64,000 nucleotides of DNA, taken from Lama glama. Its lineage: Eukaryota. The notes beneath the pieces were generated by a model. That model worked only from the letters and a program-made list of their open reading frames with translations, did not search any database and was not told the origin of the DNA. The stretch covers positions 87,670,001 to 87,734,000 of the forward strand of contig CM052816.1 in assembly GCA_028534125.1 (NCBI GenBank). Reading direction: 5' to 3'. Both the position numbers and the translations under genes were made by a program. This document shows positions 1 to 13,024 of the stretch, piece after piece; position 1 is the first letter of the stretch, and each line of letters begins with the position of its first letter.

Positions 1-212
1 TCTATCTCTCTAAGCAAGTTAAAATTATGCTTGTCCTTTATCATCTTAAATAGTATTTTAAAACACTCTTTCACTGTGTTTGATTATATTTCTAATGCGA
101 CCAGAACAATACACATTATCTTATGTGAAACAGACTCATGAGGAAGTTGTTTTATTCTAATACATTTTTCTCTTCTACAGAAGGGGAAAGGAGGGGAATT
201 TCTAAGATAATC

Positions 213-731
213 TGTAATAGACTGAAAAATAGCCTCACAAAAGGTAGCTTATCCTAAGTCATGAAACCTGTGACTCTTACCTTATATAGCAAGAGAGGGT
301 CTTAGCAAGTGTGATTAAATTAAAGATGTTTAAATGGGGAGTTTATCCTGGATTATCTGAGTAGGTTAAGAATATAATCATATATATATGTAATCATATA
401 TATATATAAAAGATGTATAGGGAGATTTGAAACATACAGAGAGAAAAGCATGAGAAGGAAGTGTGAGAAATTTGAAGATGCCAGCCTTTAACACTGGAAT
501 GATGTGGCCACAAGCAAAGCATGATGGTAGTCACTAGAAGGTTAAGATGGTCAAGGAATGTGTCTTTCCCTAGACACTGATGGGAGAAGAGCCCTGCTAA
601 CATCTTGAGTTCAGCCCAGTCACACTGGGTTTAGACTTCTGATCTTCAGAACTCTGAAAGGGTACATTTCTATTGCTTTAATCCCCTACATTTGTGGCAA
701 TTTCTTGCCACAGTCAAAGGAAACTGATACA
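213..731 (+). mobile_element. MaLR solo LTR, MLT1D-like
   Basis: Starts TGTAATAGACTGAA and ends GGAAACTGATACA. Contains the MLT1 motifs GTGTGATTAAATTAAAGATG, ATCCTGGATTATCTGAGTAGG and GACTTCTGATCTTCAGAACTCTG. Confidence 0.85.
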
Positions 732-879
732 GATTGAGGTACATTTTAATCAAAATTTCTAATACTATTTAAAAGTATGTAATGTCTTAGAATTCTTTTG
801 AATTCATTTCTTACTTTAATGGTTTTTAATCTTAAGTATTTGTTGACAGGTAAACTTATTAGTCTTTGGACATCTTAAT

Positions 880-1230
880 TTGCCTGCACTGATGTAACAA
901 ATTACTAGAAACTGTGTGGCTTAAACAATAAGCATTTATTTCTTACAATCATGGAGGTCCAAGATCAAGGTGTCAGCTGATTTTGTTCATGATGATTGTC
1001 CTCTTCTTGGTTTCCAGATGGCTCTTTTTCTTGTATCCTCACAAGGCACAGAGCAGAGAGAAGCAAGCTGTCTCATGTCTCTTCTTATAAGGGCACTAAT
1101 CCCACTGGGAGGGCTCCACCCTTATAACTAAATTACTTCCCAAAGACCTCACCTCCATATACCATTACAAGAGGGTTAGTTAGAGTTTTAACATATGGAT
1201 TTGAGGGTGGGATGGGGTATAAACATACAG
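880..1230 (-). mobile_element. MaLR solo LTR, MLT1A-like
   Basis: Reverse-strand MLT1A motifs: GTAACAAATTACTAGAAACTGTGTGGCTTAAACAA, TCCAAGATCAAGGTGTCAGC and CTTCTTATAAGGGCACTAATCCC. Confidence 0.85.
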
Positions 1231-1869
1231 AATAAAAATGATAGAATGAGTTAGTCATTTTACTTCCAGAAAGCAATAGGGATTCCATGTGGATTATCAG
1301 TCAAATCCATTGTTACTGATATTTTCTACTCATTTTTTTGTGATTTAAAGTGATGATAAGCACTTCTAAGCATTCTGATGGCCATTTTGTGAGAATGGCT
1401 ATATGTATATGTTCATTTTCTTTATTGCATAAATTCATTAAAAATAAAATTTCTTTAATAGGTTAACTTGATGTCTTAGACTTTTCATCCTTTAAAGAAA
1501 ATCTAATCATATAAAACATAGATAGTAATATGATGTATCAACAGAAGAAAATATATTAGTTAAAAAGTAATCTATATTTTCTCATGCTCTTTTTATTTTA
1601 TTTTTTTCAGCGTACGACACGACAAAAAACAATAAGGCAGCTGTGGTTGTGTGCACACATTAAAAGTTATTGTCCTTTTCCAAGCATGAGGAACTTTAGT
1701 AGGAATCAATGACAATAAAAGTCCATGAACTTTCTCAAAAATTCTTCAGAATCAGACACTAGACATGTATTTTCTCACTTGTGTGGGCTTCCTTTTTGAT
1801 TCACCCATGTACTACTCAAATAGGAATGTTTCAAACAGAAATGTAAGATGTATTTTTAATAATATATTC

Positions 1870-3135
1870 TATTAAAAGCAAGATGCTCTTAATTTGAAAT
1901 ATATTATGGGATTAAAGTTAGAGATATACCATAAAATAATGTTGAGAAACATCAGAAATAGTTATGGGTATGGATGTATACAAGTTAGTATAAATACATA
2001 TATTTCCTAGCTCAGTCCCTAGAGAAGGTTAAGACACAATGATGTTCCATGTTCCAGTAGTAAGAAAAAGAGCTAATGCCCAAACCTTGGTTCCTAATAC
2101 CATTTTACAATAAAAGGAACCAGCATCCTTGAAAGTATTGCTTCATCTAGGGCTGAGACAGGGAGTATATAATAGCTTGGACTCTTGTAGTGTCAGAATG
2201 TAAGGAAGAAATCTAGAAACGTAGTCTCCAACTGATGTGGTATGTGTAAAGGATGCAAAGCCAAGTGAAAGAGCTCACCAAGGCCAAAGCTAAAATAATT
2301 TGTGCCACAGAATAGTGTAGTATTAAATTATAATAGAAAACATAAAATAAATATCCATAAACTCATACTGATATACATAAATTACTGAATGAATGAATGG
2401 ATACACAAACAAGATGGGATGAGTAGACAAATCATTCTTGAAGAAGAATTTCAAATGAATTTTGTGGATAATAATTCTCCCTCTGACTTCCTACCCCTGA
2501 GAATGGGCTGCATTTAGTGACTTGCTTCTAAAGGGCACAGTATGGAAAGGGAGAAGAAAAGTCACTTTACAGTATGGAATTGAGACAAACACCATCTTAG
2601 TCAGCAGATCAAGATTAGTATCAGCAGTAATAAGCTATGCTGGTGACATGCACCCTTGATATGGAGTGAGAATGACTTTACCTCTGTGGTCTTCCTCCAG
2701 AAACCAGACTAATGGAAAAAAATTAGATCTTTAATGCCTCTTCATCTAATCATGAGACAAACATCAGGAAAATCCCTACTGAAGGACATTGTATAAATGT
2801 CTGATCAGTACTTTTCAAGATGCAAGGGGTCATCAAAAAGAAGGAAAATCTGGGAAAGTATCACTGTCCAGACAAGGCTTAGGAGACATAAAGACTAAAT
2901 TTAATATATCTGGAACAGAAAAAGAACATTAACAGAAAAAACTAATGACATCAGAATAATGTATCTATATTGGTTTATTTGAGTCCATGTATCACAATGT
3001 ATCAAAAGTTGTGATAAATGAACTATTATAATGTAAAATGCTAACAATAAGAGACATTAGATAGGAAGGTATAAAAGAATTCTGAACTGTCTTTGAAGCT
3101 TTAAGTAAATGTAAAATATTCTAAAGTAACTATGT
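1870..3135 (+). mobile_element. Old LINE-1 3' UTR (L1MD/L1MC-type)
   Basis: Motifs AATAAAAGGAACCAG, GGGCTGCATTTAGTGACTTGCTTC, ACCTCTGTGGTCTTCCTCC, CTAATCATGAGACAAACATCAG and CTGGAACAGAAAAAGAACATTA resemble L1MD/MC 3' ends. Confidence 0.75.
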
Positions 3136-3185
3136 ATTTACATATACACTTGACATGATGACACTATGTATATTTGTCTTTCCAG

Positions 3186-3269
3186 CTCTATTTGACTCCA
3201 CTTGGGAATATCATCCATTTGGAACTCAATAGCACTTTGGAGTTTTAAAGGATGCCAGCCTTCTTAAAG
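3186..3269 (+). other. Candidate 84-nt non-coding exon or pseudo-exon
   Basis: Acceptor TTTGTCTTTCCAG ends at 3185 and the consensus donor AAG|GTAAGT lies at 3269/3270. All three frames contain a stop codon. Confidence 0.3.
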
Positions 3270-5429
3270 GTAAGTGACATTGAAATATCATCAAGATATA
3301 TGCTTTCAACCTCTTAATAGATACATTCAAATTCTTTTTTAAAACTTTCCTTATTGCTTAAAATATTTATTTTATTAGAAATCAGAATATTCCCATGTTT
3401 ATATACTTACAGGTGGTTGACATAAAATGGCAGAACCATAAAACTTAAGTAACCATTTCTTTTAGCAAGAATTCTATAATTTATAGCTACTTTATTATAT
3501 GCCTCACACTGTTTCAATCTCCATGTAGATTTGAGAAGACCTAGTGGCTATGTACTTCCTAAAGAACAGAAATTGATTTCTTCCTTTTATATTCTTTTTT
3601 TGACACTTTGCCTACTCCCTCATAATTAGTGGATATTACTTTTGTTAAATTGGATATGTCTCATTTCAAAGGCAAACCTCAGATGAAGCTCTGACACAGG
3701 AAACAAAGAGATATTTCACACATTTTCTTGTCTTTATTAATATTAATGTGGTAGAGTCTAGTTCAGTTGTTTCTTGGGAAGGCAATTGCAGGCTGATTTT
3801 CCTTTGCTGATAGCAGAAATCTAAACCTTGAGATTTAGACACTTTACAGTTAACCTTCTAGAGACAATAATTAAAGGACTGCCCTGACACTCCTTGCTTG
3901 GCTGCCGTCAAAACAAGTTTCATATTCTCAGTGCTCAATCAGTGATCAATTAAGATTAACCATGATATAATAGCTCAGAAGGAAAAGGTTAAAGAGATAA
4001 GGCAACTGTGTAATTAAGCTAATGTGGCTTTACGGATCTTGCTGTGGTATTTGTTCAAACTCTCTCTGCATACTCATATTTAATAAGTAGAAAAATGATA
4101 CCTTTTCTGTTTTTAACTTTTCTTTTATGAGGTATATTTATTTAAAAATATTATGCTTTAATCTAGTTTTGGAACACCAATTAATTTCAGGTGTTAGATG
4201 TGAGTAAAAGCTATACAAATTTTAGATAAAAATTTTCAAAATAAAAACTTTGAAATAAAATAATTAACCATTTTATATGTCAAACACTACTGATTCCTAA
4301 TCCTTGTTGTCATCCATTTTATCCTTCAACTTTTTTCTCATCAATATTTAGATCTACCATATAGAAAATATCTTACTTTTACTTTGTAAGATCTTTATAT
4401 TTTATAGAAAATTGAATAATTTTTAAATCTCTGATTTTAAATAATTTTGGAGCAGGGATTTCATTCCAGAATTTATATGGGGATTGATAGGGTGAGAGAA
4501 GTTAACACTTCAAATTTTATTTCTGTAACAGGCAACTCGTCCTTCTTACAAAATTGTGATTTCATCAATCTAAACATTATTTATGATGCAAGTGTGAGTA
4601 ATAAAAATTAATACCATGCCATTCTAATTATTAATGCAAGACTTTGTATATTTTAATTTAAAACTTAATGAAACATTAAAACATCTAAAGATCTAAATAA
4701 AGAGAGAAGCATGCTTTCTTTAGATGTTCTTTGGTTCTCTCTGTGATATAACTGAAGACTAAAAAATAAATATTTGAGTTTGATAATCATCTTACATAAG
4801 AATAGTTTAGAGATAATAGCTTGAGAATGAATAAATTTAAAGAAATTAGAATGTTCACATTTTTCAATTAGGAGAGCACTCAAATTAATGCAGAAGACAT
4901 TTGAAGAGAATGGCTTGAAATTGTTTTCCTTTTAATGTTGAGTTTTCATAAATTTCACATGTGAAAATAGACCTGAATGTAATCTCTGTGGAATGATATA
5001 ATAAAATAGAGCGATATCCAAGAACATTGAAGATATAGGTGTCAAGGCAAACAAATTTAGCATTAAAATATTTGCCTATTATTAATTTAATTTTGAATAT
5101 ATTAATGCCCTGGGGCCTGTTTACCATCCTAGCACCTCCTTTGGTAAATTCTTTTTTAGAACAATCAAAAATAGAGCAATATATTTCTTCTTCAACTTTT
5201 TACAAAATGTACTGTTTGTTCTACTCACGTCTGACTTATATCCATGATTGCCTAATAAGTAATTAGATTTTCTTAATAAACTATGTGAAAATGAAAAAAA
5301 GAAATAAATATTTTTATATGGTCAGACAGCAAGCACAGTTTGACTATTTATAGAATACCTTTTTGTTTCAATATAAAAAATGCTATGGTTGCAGAGAAGC
5401 TGGGATAGGATTCCTTCTGCCTGTGATGA

Positions 5430-5830
5430 TTGAAAAGGAAGGGAAAACACAGAAGACGGGTTTTGAGCTGATTTTAAGAAGTGAATACAAATATGTAAAT
5501 AAGAGGATATTGAGGCATAAAAGGCATGAAGATATGTAATAATATTTCATATGTAGTGGATTTGATGACATTTGGGATGTTAGAGAATACAGTGCATATC
5601 AGATATGAGGATAATTGGCAGATCACTCTAGAAGAGTAGGCCCAGATGATGAAGACACTGGAATGAAATTTATAGCTGTATCTGTGCTGTGGGGTTTATG
5701 TTTTATGTGATGTGGAGCCATGTTTGTTCTTGCTGTTTATTTTTGATTGTAGAGAAATAACCTGATTAGTGGTATGTCTGTGTGTTTATGTGTTTAAGAA
5801 AATGACTGCTGGTAATGTATTGGGGGATTT
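5430..5830 (-). mobile_element. Degenerate L2 fragment
   Basis: TTTTGAGCTGATTTTAAG, GGAGCCATG and TGTTTAAGAAAATGACTGCTGG resemble the antisense L2 consensus. Confidence 0.5.
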
Positions 5831-5913
5831 TGTATACCTATTTATATATATGTGTACACATATATATATATAAACACACAGACATACCACTAATCAGGTT
5901 ATTTCTCTACAAT
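5746..5913. repeat. Perfect 44-bp inverted repeat with 80-bp spacer
   Basis: 5746-5789 ATTGTAGAGAAATAACCTGATTAGTGGTATGTCTGTGTGTTTAT is the exact reverse complement of 5870-5913. Confidence 0.97.
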
Positions 5914-8900
5914 ATATATATACTTGTCTAATTTTTTGGCAGCACCATTTTCATTTTATTTGTGCCTATTCCCCATATTATCTTAGGCAAATACTCTATA
6001 TAATCAATATTCAAAAGACATTAATTTGGAAATATATTTGAATAGTTTAGAGTTTTAAATAAATCTAGTTTTTAGGGATCCCTTTAATAATTCACTTCAA
6101 CAGGACGAAGAGGTGAAGTGTAGTTGCAAAAGGAAAGTTTTAGAAATGAACACAGAGGCTGACACAGAGGCAGACAAATCTAAGGTCTATCTTTACAAAT
6201 AAGTCTTTAGGCATTGGTATGAATATCAGGTCCTGACATTAAGGGAACATCGCCTCTCAGCAGTGATGAGGTGAAACAGAAACTGATGGAAACACAGAGG
6301 GAGCAACAGATCTGCTCAGCCGGGGCTGGATTTGAGCATATCTGCTTTTAGTGCTCACAACATCCTGCTGAGTTGACAATAGGGTTCAAAAATGAACTGC
6401 AGAACCATCTGCTTAAGAAAGAAATATACTTTGTAAGGCATTATTAGAAATCATTTTGTAAAAAATTTTGTTGGTTAATTTCCCATGATGGGTTATCGTT
6501 TGTGTTGCAATTAGTACATCTAAAGAAAATAAATGCTGGAATATTTCTCATTTTTGGTCATTGTCAAAGGTTAGTCATTTGAAACGCGCCTGTTAGGATT
6601 TCACAATGGACTTGTCATTGGGAATTATGATTCATCGTCTACACAGAATAATAAGCACAGAAAAGAAGGAAAATACAGAGCAAGTTGACTATTCCAACTT
6701 AGACTCTGCTCAGCTTTTTATTCAAAAGAAAGACTTTTTTCAATTACTCATGATCGCTGCACACTTCTAGGATATTAGAACAGGTTTACTACAAGTGATA
6801 TCAGTACAGGGAAAACAAGATTGAAAAAAGATGCCCCCATCTTCCATGGGTTTCCTTCATGTAATTTTCTCTTTCTTTGCTCAATATTTAGTTTTAAAAA
6901 TCCACAAGATGCTCTTAAAATCTTGCATGCTTAAGAGACTCAGGTCACTTACACGTGTCTTTATTCCACGACTCATATTTTTAGTTAATTTTAAAGGTCA
7001 CCTTCCTTCTGAGAACCTAAGGTGTTATTCCCTGTATAAAGAAGAAATATATAAATAAATGAGAGGTTGTTTTTTTTCCTTGCTTTAAAGTAATCCTGTT
7101 TATATGTCATGCTGCTTTGATGTTATGTGACAGGTCATAATTCAGGTCATTGTACTATCATTCAGGTTAGCTTAAAATTTCTTCAGTATACAAGCAAGTA
7201 AAAATACACATGGTCTTTGTTCTAAAAAAAAGAAAAAAAAAAACAACCCTGCAGGAGAGATGAAGAGAATGCTTGGTTATGGTCTATGGGACAGCAATCC
7301 ATAATTTACTTTGCAGATGTCTGTGTAATTTAAGCAGCAGGCAGAACAACCACACAGTTGTAGCTGCTCTGGGGAAAGGATACCAAGAGGCTCATAAATC
7401 ATGGTGAGGATTAGAAGCAATGAGCATTCATCTTCTTAACCTCGTAAAGGCAATATCGCAAAGCCAAGGATTAGAGCATCGAGAGCACGGAATCTTTGTG
7501 CAGGGATAAAACGTGTCAGAGTTTTTCAGGCTTCTCTCCATTAGCATTGACCTGCCATTTGCAAGTCAGCAGAACATAATTTTAAAGATGATTAAAAAAA
7601 GGCCCCTTCCCCATCAAAATAAATTGAGTGAGTGATGAGATATATTTCTAGGGTATATTAAAAGTGGAGTCCAATTATGTGGAAAAGCTCATCATTTTCT
7701 TAGATTGAAATATGTTTCTTCTTGGACAGTATATGGAAAATAACCTTAAAACAGCCAATCCCGAAAGATCCTCATGTTTAGTTAAACATGTTTAAAAGCG
7801 AAATGCCATGAGAAAGTTTTAACTTCAGAAGAGTCAAATTAAGCAGATAAAGACAGCTGGGTCACTTCTATAACATTTAGTAAACAAATGGCCTGTGACT
7901 AATTGTTTATATTTGAAAAATAATTTTAAGCAAATGTCTGTGGATGCAAATGAGTAACACAGTGAGAAGTTTCACTTTTTGGTTGAAGATAGAAACTTTA
8001 ATCAATTTTTAAAGCTCTTGAAAAATACTAATTTGTTAATTTTCTCAATATTCTTTTAAATCAGGTTTATAATACTGAACTTGGCGATTTTATAAAAACA
8101 CCAAGGTAGAGCAGAGAATAATAAAATCACTTTTCAAGGATAATTACGAACTTATTAAGGAGACACAAGTAGATTCCAGTTTCTGATTCCCTGGTTTAAT
8201 ATCATATATCACTTGGCAATGGTTCTTTTCATATAGCCAATACTTACTGATCTATTTTAGTTAAGGGGAGTTATAGTGCTGCTAATCCAGATAATTAGAG
8301 TGGCTGATAATTAAAAATATATATTTATACTTAGCACTGAAAGGTATTTTATGTTCATCTTTGAACATGATTTCATCGGACATTTTAGAAAGCCACAACT
8401 AACCTGTCTTTGAAAACAAGCAGAGTAACACAGCGGATCTGTTCATTTGGGCTGCTTCTGCTCTGAGTGTACCTTATTCTTCCGCACCCTATGCTTGGGA
8501 AAATAACCTTTCAGCAGGCACTCCTATTCTACTCTAAGTTAGTTCAAGTATCTTTTTAACTACAGGTTTTCCTTCCTCTGGAATGGTGATTAAATACCAT
8601 ATGCTTTGATGCAAACTTGTGTAATGATTTTTAAAGTAGAACAGCTTCCCTGTACTGAATATCATTGCATTTAGTTATTCCTTTATTTGTTTTCTAAAAA
8701 TGCTGTGCTGACCTTCCCACAACCAGTTCAAGGCAAGGAGAATTTTGAAACCCAGCTAGGCTTCTTTCCCACATAAACTAAAACTGATATAATGATAAAG
8801 AAATGGGGGGAAACTTGTAAATTTTTGTGCTAAAAATGGGCTAAATCAATTCTGACTTCATAATAATACCTGCTATTTAATTACAAATTATGGGCCCCAG

Positions 8901-9179
8901 AGTCTGCTAAAAACAATAAATATTTGCACCTATGTCTACATATCCGAATTATTTTTAAAATTATTATTAAAGAGGGAGAATAGATTACAGACAAGTGATA
9001 ATATATGTCAAATGTATTTCAATATTATTTAATTTTTAATATTTCAAATAGCTCTGTAAAGTGGGTGACATACAACTAAAATTAATTCACTTTTCCTTTT
9101 TATTTTTTCCCTAAGAATTTTCCCTAGTTTACATAGAGCATCCAGTGTTTGGTAGGGAGGGGAGGGGGATTGTAGATTT

Positions 9180-10150
9180 ATGGATTAATTTACTCAAAAA
9201 TATTATTGAAAACAGTCTACACATTACTTTGTGCCAAGAGCTCTCTCTAGGTAGTGGATAAGCTTGTGAAAATTATCGTTAAAAATTACTAACCATGTTG
9301 GTGCTTATATTCAAGTGAAAAGAAAAAAAGAAAATTATATAATATGTAAATTAGATTAAAATTATATGTAAATCATTTTATAGAAAGTGAGAAATGCTGT
9401 GCTGAAAATAAGCTGAGAAGAGTGAGAGGAAGTTTCTGTGTTGTAGAGGAGAGGGGAAATAGTATTTGCAAAATTTAAAAATATTAACAGAAGATCTTCC
9501 CAATAAAATCACATTTGAAAAGACTTGAGGGAAATGTGGGAGCAACCATGAAAATATTTGAAGACCGTCATTCCAGAGTAAACTACACGTTTCAGGTTGA
9601 CAAGGTGGGAGCTATTTGATGTGCTTGATCAAAATCCAGCAAGACCAGTGTGGCAGAAACAGGCAGAGAGAGTGAGGAGGAACAGTAGGAGATGAGACCT
9701 GATAGACAGTGGGCCTTGTGGGGCAAGGCAAGGACTTTGATTTTTCCTTTGAGTGAGACCAGAAGGCATCAGATAGACCTGAACAGAGCAGTGCCATGAT
9801 GCATTTTATCTTTTAAGGGAACTTCTCTGGCTGAAGTGTTGAGGATTAGGGAATACTTCTTAAGGTAATTTACAGTAACACAGGTGTGCAGTGACTGTAG
9901 CTGGGAATAGGGCTACGGAAGATCAAATAGTAAGAAGTAGGAAGACTGAGACTAGATGATTTATGGCATGTTACATGCACAGTGTGAAAAAATGAAAGAG
10001 GTCCAGCTTGACTCCACGATGTCTGTTCTGGGAAACTGGAGGATGGTTTTTACTGAGCATGCAAAGTCTAAGAGATTTTTAGATGACCTGAAAGAAATAT
10101 TGAGTAGGAAGTTAGGTATATTCATATGAAATTCAGGAGTGAGTTATCTC
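9180..10150 (-). mobile_element. L2 LINE, 3' portion
   Basis: Antisense L2 tail TTACTCAAAAATATTATTGAA...TGTGCCAAG, then AAGACCAGTGTGGC, GGAGATGAG, GGGCCTTGTGGGGCAAGGCAAGGACTTTG and CTCTGGCTG. Confidence 0.8.
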
Positions 10151-10204
10151 ACTCTGGTATATAAATCCTCTGACATTTGACCTACATACATTTTAACAAA
10201 AATA

Positions 10205-10425
10205 TATAGCAGGTGCCTTTTGAAGATTGTTGTATGTATTAGCTCATTTAATTTAATCCTCATAACAACTTTAAGAGACAGTACTATTAATATTATCCTC
10301 ATTTTACAGATGAGGAAAGTGAGACTAAGAGGGTAATGTTTTCCAAGATTGCATAGCTGGTAAGTGGAATTGGAAATTCAACCCAGTCTGTCCAGCCCTA
10401 GAGACCATGCTCTTAGCCATGACTC
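10205..10425 (-). mobile_element. MIR SINE nested in L2
   Basis: MIR core TTAATCCTCATAACAAC...CTCATTTTACAGATGAGGAAAGTGAGAC, with CATGCTCTTAGCCA at the head end. Confidence 0.92.
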
Positions 10426-10434
10426 TGTTTTCAC

Positions 10435-10850
10435 AATAAAATAGATTTTAACAACTTGATGCAGAATTAGATCACTAGTGGAACAAGTTTAGAGAAGAAT
10501 AGAGATCTGAGATCTAGACTTGGGGACATGATAGTGAAAAGAAGTCAGGGAGATGAAGAAGAACTGAAAAAAAGGAGCCAGTGCAAGAGTAGGAACAAAG
10601 AGTGGTGTCCTGACACCACACATCACGTGGAGGAAGTGTTTCAACTGGGTCGAGTGCTGCTGATGAATCAAAAACGATGAGAGCTGAGAACAGACAATTG
10701 GAAATCCCAATGTTGGTTCTATTGTTTACATTGTCAAGAGCAGTATTGATGGATTGGTGAGCAAAATTTTGATGACAGAATTATATGAATGAAACAAAGA
10801 CAGTTAATTTTCAACATCAAGGCAGTAGCTTGAAAGGAATGGTTGAGAAA
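10435..10850 (-). mobile_element. L2 continuation after MIR
   Basis: AAGGAGCCAGTG, GTGGTGTCCTG, GGAAGTGTTTCAA and GATGAGAGCTGAGAA resemble the antisense L2 body. Confidence 0.7.
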
Positions 10851-10888
10851 AAAAAAAGATTTTCTAATCACCTTTAGCTCCCATTTAG

Positions 10889-11711
10889 TATTAAGGGATG
10901 GATGTGATGAATGAAATCATGAAGTTTCTCTTATATTTCTGTGATGATGGAAGCTTGGACTGGGAAGATGGCAGCACAAATGACACTTTCTACCACAGCC
11001 AAGCCATAAAGCTTATTACCCTATGGTCGATTGATGATGCCATAAGGGAAGTAAACTAAATTTCATTCCCTTATTGCTGTCTGGTTTTAAGGGGAAACAT
11101 GTTAAGATGGAGATGAGAGAGAGTAAGGATCAATTTGTCTTCAAATATGAAAGGTGATTCAGTAAAGGGTAGTTCTAAACACAGGGATGGCAAAGGGACC
11201 TTTTCTCAGTGCTTTTGGGTATCTGAGAAGACACATGTACAAGGTGACCACCTTCAACGTCTGCAGCCTCAGGAGAGTGATGAGGTTAGAGCAGTGTGGT
11301 TAGCAGAAGAACATGACTGAGCTGAGAAGAACAGATGGCATGTTTGTTAGCTGAAAGTATCAACAATATGTAACAAGTAAGCTCTAGGAAGCGACTAGGC
11401 TCAACATACCTGAGCAAATGTCAGTCACCCCACAAGGCAGCATCACCATTGTTCCAGGAAACCTTTTCCTTCCCAACTCTACAGGCCACACGGGTCCCTT
11501 TCATCTTATATACAAGCCCAGAGAAGGATGTGGAAGACTGAGCAATACCCTAATATACTTCTTCACAAACCACTTAAATTTTTAGACCTAACAGAATTTT
11601 AAACTGGAGGAGGGGTTGCTCATGAGAAAAGTCATATCAGTTTTGAGAAAAGGGCGCAACATTTTCATTGCGTATCTGAGTCATATTGCAGATATAATCT
11701 GTGACTTTGCA
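10889..11711 (+). mobile_element. Possible ancient LTR (MamGyp/LTR85-88 class)
   Basis: Purine-rich body, with an end CATTGCGTATCTGAGTCATATTGCAG...TTGCA loosely like mammalian Gypsy LTR 3' ends. Weak recollection only. Confidence 0.25.
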
Positions 11712-13024
11712 ATTCATGCCACTATGAAAAGAACACTTAAGACACGTGTCTTCTTTTTGTTGAGGGCACATCTATACCTAATCTAGAATAATATATAATA
11801 TTTGAATTTTGTTTAATTAATGTCCATTCTGAAAATATAGGCAGAAAAAGTTTAAAAGATTTATATCTAATACTATAGGTAGGTAGATGCAGGTACAATG
11901 GCTTCTCAAACTTGTTTACTATTACTACTAATATCTTACATTATTTTATACTACTTATGTTATATTATACTACTAATATCCTATTAATGGAACTACCTTG
12001 TGAGATGCCTCAAAGTAGATTTATATCTGATCTTTGGATATCACAAAGACAGAATTCTTGGAAAATCAGAGCAAGGTAAGAACATAGGAAATATTGTAAT
12101 TCGTATGTACAATAAATCTGGGGAAACTGCCTGGTTGGTTTATAATCAGGACACAGAATAACTTCTAACCTTATAAGAATCTCAGTATTTAGCTATGGTT
12201 CTTAAAGTGGCAAAACATCTGAAATGCTTGGCTAATTTCCACTGTGTCACACTCTGGCTCCTACAGAGACTTTAAAGTACCTGAGTCATGAAGTTCAGAT
12301 CCAAACACTTACGGCAATTCTAGAAGCCTCGCGGTGATTGAAGGTGTTCCAAATTCTGTGGTCAGAAACGCTCCATCATCATTTTTTGATGATAATCCTG
12401 GGATCTTTATGTGCAGACTCTTTGGCAACACTGAGTTTCACTGACTTTTATTACAATTGTGAGTTTCTTTATGACTTGAGATCTTATTCCAATTCCACTC
12501 TCAGGATTTCGGCATCTTCTGATCCTACAGCCTTACGTGGTGCAGATTCAATGGTGTGCCCTCTCTCCTCACTTCCTTATAAGAGCGCCCTTAGCAGGTG
12601 CAGCTTTCTCCCTGATCTTATTCCTTACAACTGATCGTGAAGCTAAAATATTGGGGGAGATGCGGATTATTTAAGTGTCATATAAGTTTGTCTTTAAGCC
12701 ATTTGGGATTCTTGTGCCATTTTAAAGCAAATAGAGATATACCTATGGTTCATGGTTAAAAAAAATTGCCAAACACATTTCAAATTACCAAGAAAAGATG
12801 ATAACAGTGTGGCAAAGGTCAAAATAAATCTACATTATGTTTCAACACTTTTCCCAGAGCATTCAGTTTAGAGTCAAAGACTACATTTTTATGTCATCAA
12901 ATTTAGAATGAAATACACTATTCACCATATGATTGTCAAAGTAGTGTCTACTCTGTTGAGCCTTTTAGGGTTGCCTGGATAAGTTGGGTTCCAGTAGTTT
13001 GATGTCTTAGATGTGGCACCAAAT

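Noticed and set aside
12338..12634. 98-aa ORF as possible processed pseudogene
   Set aside because: No recognisable protein, poly(A) tail or TSD.
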